A stretch of 64,000 nucleotides of DNA from Mustelus asterias (Eukaryota): the NCBI RefSeq assembly GCF_964213995.1, contig NC_135819.1, positions 8,618,001 through 8,682,000 on the forward strand, read 5' to 3'. Position 1 is the first letter of the stretch, and each line of letters starts with the position of its first letter. Both the position numbers and the translations under genes were made by a program. This document shows, piece by piece, positions 50,487 to 64,000 of this stretch. The notes below the pieces were generated by a model. The model made no database searches and was not told where the DNA came from. It saw only the letters and a program-made list of their open reading frames with translations.

Positions 50487-52253
50487 TTGATGCCTTATTG
50501 AATCGCCGCCCGGCGATGCCTTATTGAATTGCCTGATGACTTATTTAAAAACATGTAGAATGCCAAAAGGTGACGGACATTTGTGGAACTGTACCCCATC
50601 ATATTCAACATTCTTCATGAGAGTTGGGGAGAAGTTGTTAGAGGGTAGGGTGGTGACAATGGTTTTCCGTGTGCTACCTGAAGGCTGAGCAATACCAGAT
50701 GAAGATTTAGTGAGAAATCAATATATAGGTCTATAGTTTCATTAGAAAATTCAAATTTACTGTATGCTTGATGAGTGAGGCAACCACTGCTCATACGTCA
50801 GTGCATAATGATGCAGTTACGCAGGTGTGCATATAGTATACATGCATTAACAGCTGTAACTTGTTTGTTCCTCAGAGTCCAGAAGTGTGATGCAGGTAGT
50901 GGTATGACGAGGGCAAAACTCATTCTAAACAAAATAAATTGGTTGAAGAAGTGAACCAAAGTTGATGGGTTAACTATTATCTGTGTATGTTTGATATACA
51001 AATCTCATTTATGTAAGATACATTATTCACTTAATTAAGAAGAGTTTGCAGTATTTAAGAGAATCATACTTCTGCAATAAAGCAATCTGTTACAATTAAT
51101 TTAAAAAGCAATTGTTTCACCTAGCAGCACGAATCATGCTGTTCAAACTTTTTGAAATTATTCAGTGCTGTACAACCGTGTTGTCTTAAACTGAAGCAAT
51201 GTACTAGTTGACCCCAAAGTTGTTGCTAATGGTAAGTTGATAGGTGTGGTAGAAGTTTGAAAGAGAGCAAATTAAATAGATAGTGGGAAAGTGTTTACAT
51301 TTCACCAGGAGCCGATTTGTAAATACACATTATGATGTGGACCAATTGAATCATAAGGTGCACTAAATCGAAAGCTTAATAAATTAAATAATCTAAAAGA
51401 TTATTCCTCCTTTAAAATGAGTTCACAAAGTGTTTAAGTTGCCTAATGAAGGCAAGCACCACTTAATGACTGGCACTTCAATTTAAACTTGTTATTTATC
51501 AGTTTTTTAAAAATGCGATGTCTATTGCTGATCATAAATGTCATTTCCAGTACTCACTCCCTCCTATGTTTCCATTACAGTTAATATAATGGGAAGGTAG
51601 TTATCATGCACAATTTTTGGACTTTCAACCTAGACATTCTCACCTTTTATATTTAACCTCTACTAACATCACCTGAAAAGTTGTGCTGCTGAAGTTGGGA
51701 CATGACATTAACCCCAAGGAATAAAATAAAACCTGTTTAGATTGGCTCATTTCCAGATATGTGAAACCCTTGGAGGAGTGGAGATGCAATATTTTGAAAT
51801 GTTGTTTCTTCGCTTTTGGGGCATTTGCATCAAACTCGAGGCAGACATTTGGGATGAATGTCTCCGATCTGTAGAGATGATAGGCCAATTTAACATGAGT
51901 TTGGAGCATTTACAATTCCATTGCCATAAGGGAAACTAAACCAACATCTGCTAATGATTTAGGATTAGTATATAACATATTGTGACCAGTATTGATGGGT
52001 TGATTTTAAAGGAACAGCAAAGGAAGCTATTGTGAACCTGACCCATACAAAGTTGACCTGGGTGGTTAAATGCTTTCCACATTTTCAGCATATACTGATC
52101 TTATTCACATTAAGAGAAAATGTTCACTCATACCACCTCTTCTACAACTGCATTTTCTTTCAGTTGTCTATGGAGCATGCTAGCATGAGAACTGGACTAG
52201 ATTTTAGCAAGAGATTAACCCTCAAGATTCCTTTACTCAACAGCTCACATTCT

Positions 52254-52919
52254 GGGCCCGAGTTTTACCATTTTGATTCTAAGTGCTGGGCGGACTTGAA
52301 TCTGGGAGTGTTTCAGATCCGACTTTTAGGCTTATTCTCCGGCGCCCCTATATGTACTCTGCCTGAAAATAAGATTCCGAATCACGCTGCAGAGCCTCTG
52401 GATGGGGCTTATTGCGCCCAAAACACTGCAGCTCCAATCAGAGCCTTCAACTGCGCATGCGCAGTAAAGAAAGTAGAAAAATGCTCGCCTGCCCCCACGG
52501 ACATTGTCCCACCCCCACGACATTACTGCCCCCCTTATCCCCCCTACCACCCAGACCGATTACCCCCCCCCCCCAGATCTGAGTCAGAGAGCCACTGGAA
52601 GCTCTGAACTTACCTCCTCAGAAGCTGGAACGTCCAAATCGGACCTTTGCGGACCATGTCTGTTTCGTGCCGAATCATGATGGGCGAATGCAGTGGTAAA
52701 AGAGGAAGTGCTGGCAAAGTTGGGTGTCCAGCCCACTAATTCAATTTAAATGTATTTAAATTGCCATCACGCCAGTTTTGGGTGCGGTCCCGATCACGAC
52801 CATTTTAGGCCTTTGGTAAAGGGGGAACGGCCGCGGAGGCGGTCGCAGATCGCACTACTCGCCTCACGCCTGACTTTACCAAGTTTTCGCGCCCGAAAAT
52901 GGGCGATAAAATAAGGCCC
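52254..52919. mobile_element. Harbinger-type MITE copy C
   Basis: TIR GGGCCCGAGTTTTACC / GATAAAATAAGGCCC, TSD TCT, colinear with copy A but lacking most of the minisatellite. Confidence 0.85.
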
Positions 52920-54881
52920 TCTCTCTCGAATTGCACCGTCACAAGCTGCTTTCTTCATGCTTGCTTTTATGCATTTAACAAGATCACCTATACTTATGCT
53001 CACTGAAATTCTACGGAGATGAGTTAGGCAATGCTGGCTAGAAGAGTCCTTTCTAACTAGTTATCAAATTAACCTACTGCAGCTGTCTCTCCAGCTTGTT
53101 TACCTGACAGACTTAAAGGAACTCAACTTTAACAGTAAATTGTAGTTAAATGTGAAATGAAAGCAGTAGATGGTACAGTATTGAAAATGAGAGTTATCCA
53201 GATCTGAAATGTGGTTCCTCTGTGGGAGCTGTTGGTGGTGCTGAAATTGGTTTGGCTGAAGGCAGCTGTCTGTTCTCACTTTAATGGAGTAACTGAAATG
53301 GAGCAACTTTAACAGAATATTCTTTAAAATAAGCACTGAATCAAGTGGAAATAAAGGTTGCCTGAGAGTGGTCAAGAGTGACTTTAATTCCCCCCTGAAG
53401 TACAGCTAAGATGCTCACAATATGAGGAAGGTTCAAAATGGGCATCCTCTGATGTGGCATGTGCAAGCTTTACAATGTCATCCATTATTAGATAATTTGA
53501 AAACCTGCTGTCACAATGCATTCAGCTAAATCACAAAGTTCATTAGTATTTTTTTTTGAACTGATGAGATTGACAGAAGAGCCTGGTTGAAAAAAGATAC
53601 CAGAACTTCAAAACGTTTTAGTCACAGCCAGAAATACATCTGTAGGTTTGAAGTGTGTGAAGATGAACTATTTTATTATAATAATGGTTTCAGATTTGAA
53701 TAAACGAGTTTCCCAGTCTCTCTGAAGTAGTGCAAATGCTTGATTTGTAATCAAACTAGAACAGTAAGCATTTTTGGAAATGGGATTTCCTTCCTCCAAT
53801 AAAAAACAATGGGGAAATAATCATAATTAAAGAATAATGATGATTCTGAAGAATTTTAGTTGGATTACTCCAAGACAGAAATGCTTTTTTTAAACGATGA
53901 AAAACTGGGCTTTTATTTTCTGGTTGTAACTGAATTAGCCGCTGTTGTGTATGGTAGTATTGATACTAGGAAGCATAGAGGGTTAAAAACTAACGGAGCT
54001 TTATTTACAAGGTGTGTTCACTACAGGCTGCTGCTTTACTCTGACAGGCCGCTAGTGCGGGGAAACTGACATCACTTCCGGTAATGACATGCATATATTA
54101 GTACACAATGCTTACTGCAGCTACTGAGACTCAATAAAAATACGTAACATTTCTTCCCCATTTAAATTTAACATCCCCAAACATTTCAAACAGTGTAATA
54201 TGAACAATAATCAGTAAGTCAATTTGGAGGTCATCGCTCTCGGAATGGTTGACAGTGAGCCTTGGTGTCTTCCTCTTTGCACTGGTTGTTACTACTAGCG
54301 TTTCTGTCTTTGTATGATCGTTATCAGTGGTTGTTTTGACTGGTGTTGATGTTGTAACTAGAGGTTAACTCTGTGTTTGGTCTGAAGTTGAGTTGTCTTC
54401 CTCAACAGTGCTGTCGGTTTTGGGAAGATTCAGACCAGGGCTTTGTACAGTTGAATTGGGTTTTTAGCAGATTCCTTTTCTAACGAACCAGTTCTTCCTG
54501 CCAACAGCTGGTACACATGTCTCCTCCAGATGGCTTAACCTCTGGTTTGAACAGTGTGAGACAGGTTCGGTCTGTTCAAGGATCACAGGAACCCTTTTCT
54601 ATCCTGTGGAGTAATTTCTAACCAACACTCCTTGTCCTTGGTGGAAGACATTGCTTTACTTTCCCATCATTCTATCTGTCCTGATTTCTGTTGAACGAAT
54701 TATTTCGCTTTTGGAAGTTTCAACATGTCAAATGCCGAACACAGTTGTCTCTTCATCATTAATAATGCAGGAGAGATTTTAGTTCTTGAATAAGTGGTAT
54801 TTCTATACATCAGTAGGAATTGATTAAGGCATTTGATCAACAAATCTTGCTCCCTGGTTGCTCTGTGTGTTTCATGGTTTC

Positions 54882-55221
54882 AGGCGGCACGGTAGCACAG
54901 TGGTTAGCACTGCTGCTTCACAGCTCCAGGGACCTGGGTTCGATTCCCGGCTTGGGTCACTGTCTGTGTGGAGTTTGCACATTCTCCTCGTGTCTACGTG
55001 GGTTTCCTCCGGGTACTCCGGTTTCCTCCCACAGTCCAAAGATGTGCGCGTTAGGTTGATTGGCCAGGTTAAAAATTGCCCCTTAGAGTCCTGAGATGCG
55101 TAGGTTAGAGGGATTAGCGGGTAAATATGTGGGGGTAGGGCCTGGGTGGGATTGTGGTCGGTGCAGACTCAATGGGCCGAATGGCCTCCTTCTGCACTGT
55201 AGGGATTCTATGACTTCTATG
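54882..55221 (+). mobile_element. V-SINE inserted in the Gypsy integrase
   Basis: Full V-SINE interrupting the frame just after RSAPYHSAMNRLAEHF. Confidence 0.92.
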
Positions 55222-56034
55222 AAATGTTCTGCTAGTCTATTCATAGCAGAATGGTACGGTGCAGACCTAACAACATGTTGAAGACCATTCTCTTTCAATA
55301 AACTTTCGAATTCTTGGGAGGCAAATTGAGGTTCTTTGTTGCTTACCAATTGCTTGGGGAATCCAAACCTACTAAACACTTCTAACTTATCAATCATCAT
55401 TTCTGATGAAGTTGACTTCATTGTGGTGACTTCTGGTGATTTTGAATGAGCATCCACCATGATTAATAAAAACATATGTCCTTCAAAGGTCCTGCAAGTC
55501 AGCATGCACCCATTGGCCATTCCCAAGCCTCCTTTGGCCATTCCCAAGGATTCAGCTGTGCTAACAGTGGCAGGTTCCATACCTTCACACATGAAGAACA
55601 AGTTCCAGCTGTCTCTTCAATTTCCACATCCACTCTAGGCCACCAGAAATTACTGGTTGCTATTTCTTTCATGTGCACAATTCCACAATGGCCCTTGTGC
55701 AATTTGTCTAACACTTATCTTCTCAATGGTGGTGCAGTGATCAATATGAGCTCTCGAAGAAGACAGCCTGACTATACAGCCCCAGTCTTCTAGTGTAGTA
55801 CAATTTCAAGTCAGGTTTTAGTTCTGAGGTCTTGCCTCGTAGTACCATATCCATTACTTTGGGGAGTACCAGGTTGCTCCTAATGCACTTCTTCATTTGT
55901 CCTGAAGTGACAGGCATACTGTCGATCTGTTCAAAGTAGAAAATACTTTTGTTCGAGTAATTTGACTAACTACTTGCTGATTCGTGATGCAGAGCAATGC
56001 CAACAGCCTGGGTTTAATTCCTGTGCCGGTTGAG

Positions 56035-59000
56035 GAGAAGGGAAGAGTAAAATTATGGGAAGTATAATGGTTAATGGGAAGCAAAGCATGGGGAGGAGGT
56101 TTCAACTACATAGAAAATTAGGAAAAAAGTTAAAAGGAAAGAGAACTCGGGAGATGTTATTAATGGAGGTGGTGGATTCAAAAAGAAGGTATAAAAACTA
56201 GCATTAGGGCACTTTACCTAAAATGCTTGTAGCATTCAAAACAAGGTAAATGAGTTGACGGCACAAATCATTGTGAATGATTATGATTTAGTGGCCATTG
56301 CAGAGACATGATTGTAAGGGGGTCACGACTGTGAGTTAAATATCCAGGGGTATCAGACTATTCGGAAGGAGAGACAGGAAGGTAAGGGGGGGGTGGTGTA
56401 GCTCTGCTATTTAAGGATGACATCAGGGCGGTAGTGAGAGATGATATAGGTTCTGTGGAGAAAAAGGTTGAATCCATTTGGGTGGAAATTAGAAATACTA
56501 AGGACAAAACATCACTGATAGGCATAGTCTATAGGCCACCAAATAATAACATCATGGTGGGGTGAGCAATAAACAAAGAAATAACTGATGCATGTAAATA
56601 TGGTACGGCAATTATCATGGGGAAATTTAATCTACGTGTCGATTGGTCAAACCAGGTTGGTCAAGGCAACCTTGAGGAGGAGTTCATTGAATGTGTCCGT
56701 GATAAGTTTCCTCGAACAGTATGTAATGGAACCTACAAGAGAGCAAGCTATCCTAGATCTGATCCTGTGTAATGAGACAGGAATAATTAATCATCTCACA
56801 GTTAGGGATCCTCTCGAAAGGAGCAATCACAGAATGGTTGAAATTAAAATACGGATGGTTGTGTGAGAAGGTCAAATCCAATACCAGTGTCTTGTGCTTA
56901 AACAAAGGAGACTACAAAGGAATGAGGGAGGAGTTGCTTAAGGCAGACTGGGAGCAAAAACTTTATGGTGGGACAATTGAGGAACAGTGGAGGACTTCCA
57001 AAGTGATTTTTCACAGTGCTCAGCAAAAGTATATACCAGTGATAAGGAAGGATTGTAGAAAAAGGGATAATCAGCCATGCATATCTAAGGAAATAAAGGA
57101 GGGTATCAAATTGAAAGCAAATGCATACAAAGTGGGAAATTAGAGGATTGGGAGATCTTTAAAGGTCAACAGAGAGCCACGAAAAAGCTATAAAGAAAAG
57201 TAAGAAAGATTGAGAGTAAACCAGCTCAAAATACAGAACAGATAGCAAACGTTTCTACAAATATATAAAATAAAAAAGAGTGGCTAAGGTCTGCGATAAG
57301 TTTCCTTGAACTGTACGCAATGGAACATACGAGGGAGCAAGCTATTCCAGATCTGGTCCCGTGTAATGAGACAGGAATAATTAATGATCTCAAAGTTAGG
57401 GATCCTCTCGGAAGGAATGATCACGGTATTGGTCCTTTAGAGGATGAGAAGGGGGATTTAATAATGGGAAGTGAGGAAATGGCCGAGGCACTGAACAGGT
57501 ATTTTCTGTCGATCTTCACAGTGGAAGATACAAATAACATGCCAAAAATTGGTGACAAGAAGGCTATGGCAGGTGAGGACCTAGAAACGATCATTATCAC
57601 TAAAAAACTAGTGTTGGGCAAGCGAATGGGGCTAAAAGTAGACCAGTCTCCTGGCCCTGATGGAATGCATCCCGGGGTACTTAAAGAGAAGCGGGGGAAA
57701 TAGAAAATGCACTAGTGATAATTTACCAAAATTTGCTGGACTTTGGGCTGGTTCCAGTAGATTGGAAAACAGCAAATGCGACACCACTGTTTAAAAAAGG
57801 AGGTAGACAAAAGGCAGGTAACTATAGGCCGGTTAGCTTCTGCAGTGGGGAAAATGCTTGAAGGAAGAAATAGTCAGACCTCTGGATAGAAATTGTCCCA
57901 TTGGAAAGACTCAACATGGGTTCATGAAAGACACGTCATGTTTAACTAATTTACTGGAGTTCTTGGTCCACTGCGCTTGTAATGCCTTCAATAGGGAACA
58001 GGTGGATGTGGTGTATCTGGATTTCCAGAAGGCATTCGACAAGGTGCCGCACCAAAGACTGCTGCATAAGATAAAGGTGCACGGTGTTACAGGTAATGTA
58101 TTAGCATGGATAGAGGATTGGTTAACTAACAGAAAGCAAAGAGTTGAGGCAAATGGGTGTTTTTCTGGTTGGTGATCAGTGACTAGTGGTGTGCCTCAGG
58201 GATCAGTGTTGGGACTGCACTTGTTTACAATTTACATCAATGATTTGGAATTGGGGACCAAGTGTAGTGTGTGAAAGTTCGCAGGTGATAGACGCTAAGA
58301 TGAGTGGTAGAGAAAAGTGTGCAGATGACACAGTCTGCAAAGGGAGATAGATAGTTTAAGTGAGTGGTCTGGAAGATGGCGTACAATGCTAGTAAATGTG
58401 AGGTCATCTATTTTGGTAGGAATAACAGCAAAATAGACTATTATTTAAATAGTAAAAAATTGCAGCATGCTGCTGTGCAGAGGGACCTGGGTGTCCTTGT
58501 GCATGAATCGCAAAAAGTTGGTTTGCAGATGCAGCAGGTAATTAAAAAGACAGATGGAGTTTTTTCCTTCATTGCTAGAGGGACGCAGTTTCGAAACAGG
58601 GAGGTTATGTATAAGTGCTGGTGAGGCCACATCTGGAGTACTATGTACAGTTTTGGTCTCACTTGAGAAAGGATATATGGAACTGGAGGGGGTGCAGAGG
58701 AGATTCACTAGGTTGATTCGGAGATGAGAGGGTTGGCTTATGAGGAGAGACTGAGTAGACTAGAACTATACTCATTGGAATTTAGAAGAATGAGGGGGTT
58801 TCTTATATGAAGGGAGTAGATAAGACAGAAGCAGGGAGGTTGTTTCCACTGGCAGGTGAAGCCAGAACTAGGGGGCATAGCCTCAAAATAAGGGGGAGCA
58901 GATTTAGGACTCAGTTGAGAAGGCACTTCTTCGCCCAAAAGGTTGTGAATCTGTGGAATTCCCTTCCCAGTGAAGCAGTTGAAGCTACCTCAACTGTTTT

Positions 59001-59168
59001 GAAGGGAAAGATAGATTTTTGAACAGTAAAGGAATTAAGGGTTATGGTGAGCGGGCGGATAAGTGGAGCTGAGTCCACGAAAAGATCAGCTCTGATCTTA
59101 TTGAATGGTGGAGCAGGCTCGAGGGGCCAGATAGATGACTACTCCTGCTCCAAGTTCTTATGTTCTTA
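56035..59168 (+). mobile_element. Long decayed CR1 ORF2 (APE + RT) nested in the Gypsy pol
   Basis: EPTREQAILDLILCN, SPGPDGMHP, YLDFQKAFDKVPH, VVNLWNSLP and a TTCTTATGTTCTTA tail. Many stops and frameshifts. Confidence 0.9.
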
Positions 59169-62085
59169 ACTTGATGGGATAAGTATGTGCAGACAAAAGC
59201 AATTCCCATCTCTGCATTCTACTGCTACCAGTGATGGAATTCCTGTGTGTGGTCCAAAAATTGTCATTAATGGACAACAGTGTGAATTCTTCCCTACAGG
59301 AATATCTTTATTCCAAAGATAATCCCTAATGCTTCTCTTTTGATTTGTGCATAGTTACTTTCAGCTTTGCTCAATGTTTGAGACGTAATGGGTCTTTCTT
59401 CACCTGACAGCATGATGTGGGATACTGCCGCTCCAACACCTTAAGGAGATGTGTCGCACACAAGTGTAGGGATTGAATAGGATTGAAATGTGTAAAGATT
59501 TCAGATTTGAACAATGCACAAAAGCGTTATTGCATTGATCCATCCACTTCCACTTCTTGTTTTGACACAACAAGTTATGCAATGGTTTTAAAATTGTTGC
59601 AAAATTTGAAACAATTCTTCCAAAGTAGTTCAACAATCCTAGGAAGGATCACAATTGCTTAATATTCTGAGGTGCAGGCGCCCGTGTGATGGCCTTGACC
59701 TTCAAAGTCGATTTGTGAAGGCTTGTGGCATCAATCACATGTCCCAAATACTCAACTGAAGACTGGAATAATTCACACTTGTCCTTGTGGATTCTCAGTC
59801 CGCAGACTTCCAATCTCTGAAGAGTGGCATCCAAATTCAGAAGATGTTCCTCGTCATCTCTTCCAGTAACTAGGCTGTCATCCAGATAGTGGACACCACT
59901 CAGTCAATTCAGGATCTGATCCATTGCTCTTTCAAACGATGCTGGCGCTGATGTGATACCAAGCAGAAATCTTTGGTACCAAACAAACCTTGGTGCACGA
60001 TTGTTATAAGTTCCTGTGACTTTTGGTCTGCATTCATCTGGAATTAATACTGGCTCAGGTTAATTTTGCTAAAACTTTGGCCTCCTCCCAAACTTGCAAA
60101 CCGGTCAATGTGGGGTTGGGGTTATTGTTCCGTACACAACACTGGATTAAGGGTGAATTTGAAGTCTCTAAGAATCCATCCTTGATGACTGGTACTATTG
60201 GTGTAGCCCATTCACTAATACTGACAGGTTCCAAGTCTCCTGTCTTTGCCAGTTGTTCCAATTCAGCCTCCAGTTTTGGCTTGATAGTGTAGGGTACCAA
60301 CCTTACCTTCAAGCATCTTGCTCAGCTTCCTTCTTTAATCTCAGTTTAACTGATTTGTCTTTCATATTTCCCAGTTCTCCAATAAAACAGCTGTATGTTC
60401 CTTTAGAATTTTGTGAGGCCTGATTCTCAATCAGCCTGACTTCAACCCAGTTCAGTTAAATCTTTTCTAACCATGTTTGACCTTTCAGTGCTGGATAATT
60501 GCCACTTACTACATGTAAAGACAAAGTTGCCGTTAGTCCATTAAAACTGCCTTTTGGTGGAACCACTTCACCAATTTATGTCTTCAACACTTCTTGAAGC
60601 TTTCAAAGGAATATGTCTGAGTCTTTTGTTATATACAGTCTCTGGTATCAGCAAGATTGCTGCCCCAGTGTCGGCTCCCATCCCTACTGGCTGTCCATCC
60701 AGCAGCAGAGTGACCCAGTATCAATTCCTAGCACCAGCAATGGCTAGCCCATTCAGTGATAAGACAGCGAGTCACTTTGATTCCCTCAAACCTTTTGCAC
60801 AGCATGAACACTTCCTCTTTTATTCTGTTTTGGTTTGCTAATATTTTTGCTCTTAGCTTGCTTTTTCTTTTTCCCCACAGCTTCTGCCCCTTATATCCTT
60901 GCACCAGCATTCTGCAGCTGAATGCCCTGGGTGATGTGCGAGTTTTAGGTGTCGATTTGGCCGACATTTTGTGTGTTTCAGTACATAAATTCAGTTGCTG
61001 ACCTTTTGCAACCAGCTTGATCAAAACAGCAATTTCCATGGCCTTTTTCAAAGAAAGGTTGTCCTTGGTTAGCAACTGTTTCTGTATTGCCTCACTCTGC
61101 AGACCAGTCTGTCCCAAATTGCATCATTCAGCACATCACCGAACTCTCAATACTCTGCAAGTCTTTTTAATATGATCACGAATTGTGCAATTCATTCCCC
61201 TCTTCTTGATGTATTTTGTGGAATCTGCAATCACCAAAGGCTTTGGCGAATAGTGTGCTTGCAGAATCTCTACAATTTATTCATATGTTTTCGTGCCTCG
61301 CTTCTGCAGCTGCTTCTGACGAGATTGAACTTTATTTCCCCATCATGTTCAAAATGCTCAGTATATGAGCCCCATCACTCCATATTATCATCAAAGGGTC
61401 CCATTGTGCTGAGAAAACGTGCCACTTCCTTCCTAATGGAGGTTTCCTGTATGCACACTTTGCCCAACGCTGTTTCAGCAGCTATCTTGTTTTTCCCATT
61501 TAAACAAGGCAGCAACCCGAGCTTCAGCCTCTTTTTTATAACCAGCTTTATAATTTCTCTGCAGAGGATCATGACTCGCATCCACCTCACCCTTTATCCA
61601 GAGCACATGCAAGAACTTTTCTTCTAAGTCTTTTCTGACTTTTTGTTAATTTTTGTTTCTCCTGCTAGCAAATGCAGTTCGAAGTCCACATCACCAGTTT
61701 GTGTTGTGTATAGTGGTATTGATGATAGGAAGCAAGGTGGATTTAAAAATGAACAGAACTTAATTTACAAAGTGTGTTCCCTGTAAGCTGCTTCTTCACT
61801 GACAGTTTCCCCGTGCTAGTGACCTGTGACATCACTTCCAGCGATGCCATGCGTGTATTAGAACACACTACTTACTGCAACTACTAAGACTCAATATCAA
61901 TACTTAACAGCTCCAGACACCACAAAACTTTACCAGCCCAACACAAAAAGCTTACTTGCAATTTAGTTTTAATCTATTTGATTTTCTCCCCTGGCTTGGA
62001 CCAATTTTATCAATGTACAAGAGCCAGACCTTCACCTGTAAGATGCGTGCGTTTCCCCATTGCAAGCATTGCATTGTAACATGTG

Positions 62086-62420
62086 GGGCGGCACGGTAGC
62101 ACAGTGGTTAGCACTGCTGCTTCACAGCTCCAGGGGCCTGGGTTCGATTCCCGGCTCGGGTCACTGTCTGTGTGGAGTTTGCACATTCTCCTCGTGTCTG
62201 CGTGGGTTTCCTCCGGGTGCTCTGGTTTCCTCCCACAGTCCAAAGATGTGCGGGTTAGGTTGATTGGCCATGCTAAAATTGCCCCTTCGTGTCCTGGGAT
62301 GCGTAGATTAGAGGGATTGGTTGGTGAAATATGTAGGGATAGGGGGGTAGGGCCTGGGTGGGATTGTGGTCTGTGCAGACTCGATGGGCCGAATGGCCTC
62401 TTTCTGTACTGTAGGGTTTC
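62086..62420 (+). mobile_element. V-SINE
   Basis: Head, V-domain and CR1-type tail. Confidence 0.92.
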
Positions 62421-63429
62421 TCTTTCTCTGAACATGCTCCATTATCTCACACAAATCAATTATTCCAGCAAATTCAATATTTGTTTTTGATATATTAGTA
62501 TTCGTAGAATGTGTTCTAAACCTGAAAGGTTACCATGAATATTGGACTGTGATAGATTTGGCAGTAGTAGGATGCAGATTGCACTTCCTGTATTATTAAA
62601 AGGAAGAATAAAAAGGACTTGTATATTCAGTAAGGTACGAGATGTTTCTGTTCCTGCACTTGTAATTGGGTATGGTTTCACAATTGGTGGATGCCTGGGA
62701 ACAAGTTGTCTTGTATCAATCAGGAATGATGCCTGATGCAGGGAGATGCAATAAATCAGAAGTTGCATTAAAATATATTATTAGGTGTCCTGCTTGTGAA
62801 AAATCTTGGTCTATGGAATCATGCAGGTAGTCCAAAAATCCCTGACTCTGATTTTCTACATATTGAGCAGTCAAGAACAGACTCTTCCTTCAGAAGGTGA
62901 GAGCAAGTCACATATAAGTTGTATATAATTCTGCCCTTTATTCAGTCTAAAATGACAAGTTGCCTACAAATGTCCACAAATGTGGCGGGTGTAGAAAATG
63001 CTGAATTATCCACTGATGGAATAGGAGGCCCTTGAGGCACATAATTGGAACAGAGAAGTTTTGCTATGAGTTTACTTGTAGTATATTTGTCCTGAGGCAT
63101 TGGATACTGATCCATTCCCTGCATAAATATCACTTGTGGTGAACACACAATGATTTGTTTATATATAAATTAGTGTAAGGGACTGAAAATCTGCAATATG
63201 TGTACTGTTGTTTTTGCCTCACAATACAAGAAACTAAACATAGATAAAGTTTGGTAGATAATGTAATTAATATGAATAAGTACAGCTATAAACATGCACT
63301 GAAATTCAAACAATTTATTTTAAATTAGATTTAAGGACTGTTAGCAGCACATGCTTTTTATCTGGGAAAGCAAGTTGCAAAATAATGGATTGACATCACT
63401 CCTCTTAATCAGCACATAATTCAGTCCTC

Positions 63430-64000
63430 TGGGTGCAGGGTGTTCTAGGAAGTTGCCAGATAAAACATTATGGCTGCTATACTCATGTTTTTACTCTTAA
63501 GTGGTCTCTCTGGGAGGGTTTTGTACTGGCCCAGGGAGCATCTGCCAGGTGGGATTCACCCACTGATGGATGCAAATGTATTCATTATGCAATTCATGCT
63601 GGCCATCCCAGCTGTTCTGAGTTTGGGGTGCCCCAATCTCTGTGTTTGCTGACATGTTTCCCTCCTCCCGTACCCATTCACAAAATGGTGCCACCCCTGC
63701 TGACCAAGGGAACACCACTTGCCCCCCAGCTAAGAGAGGCATTCTCACCTCCACCACTCCAAATAAAGGGGTCACCTACCCCTCCTCCCCCCCCCCCCCC
63801 CCACCCCCCCCCCCCCCCACCCTACGCCATGCAGGAAGAAGGGTGACCCAACGCAATGGCCCCCTCCCTTCTCAGCACCACCTCAGACCTCGTGCCTTAG
63901 CAATGCCAATGGTGCGCTGCCCCGGTACCCTGGCAGTGATGCCCTGGTGTGGAACCTTGGGCCCTGAGGTGGTCAAAGAGTTACATCCAGTGACCTCTGC
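63430..64000. mobile_element. Probable Harbinger-type non-autonomous element running off the window end
   Basis: Shares GATTCA.CCAC.TGATGGATGCAAAT with ~13760-13786 and has a C-rich interior. Confidence 0.4.

Larger units (their letters stand above)
53943..61909 (-). mobile_element. Decayed Ty3/Gypsy LTR retrotransposon with both LTRs
   Basis: LTRs 53943-54149 and 61702-61909 (TG...CA). PPT-like GGGGAAGAAA, PBS-like TGGTGATGTGGA. Protease ADTGA (~60665), RT YLDD (~59880), integrase HxxHCG...CSSC (55570-55715), in gag-PR-RT-RH-IN order. Confidence 0.88.

Noticed and set aside
53938-61914. TSD for the Gypsy element
   Set aside because: Flanks GCCGC and GCTCC match only 3 of 5 positions, so no TSD is claimed.
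31505-64000. CACNA1A exon 2 or other host exons
   Set aside because: No matching peptide in the ORF track or by eye. Short exons could have been missed without a search.

Overview
Vertebrate genomic DNA, most likely from a shark or other cartilaginous fish (inferred from HE1-like V-SINEs and the CR1 and Penelope repeat types). One host gene is recognisable: the first coding exon of the P/Q-type calcium channel CACNA1A (31235-31494, +). It is followed by a U12-type AT-AC intron donor, and no exon 2 was found in the remaining ~32.5 kb. The rest is dominated by transposable elements, often nested: decayed PIF/Harbinger transposons and their MITEs, about a dozen V-SINEs, CR1 fragments, a tRNA-headed LINE/SINE pair, Penelope fragments with hammerhead-like motifs, a Ty3/Gypsy element with both LTRs, a solo LTR and a Rex1-like fragment. 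The best leads are an apparently ORF1-less LINE with a SINE-like Pol III head, an unidentified extra ORF shared by two diverged Harbingers, covarying minimal hammerhead motifs, and several palindromes, templated insertions and a micro-inversion. All calls were made by eye with no database searches, so boundaries of old repeats are approximate.
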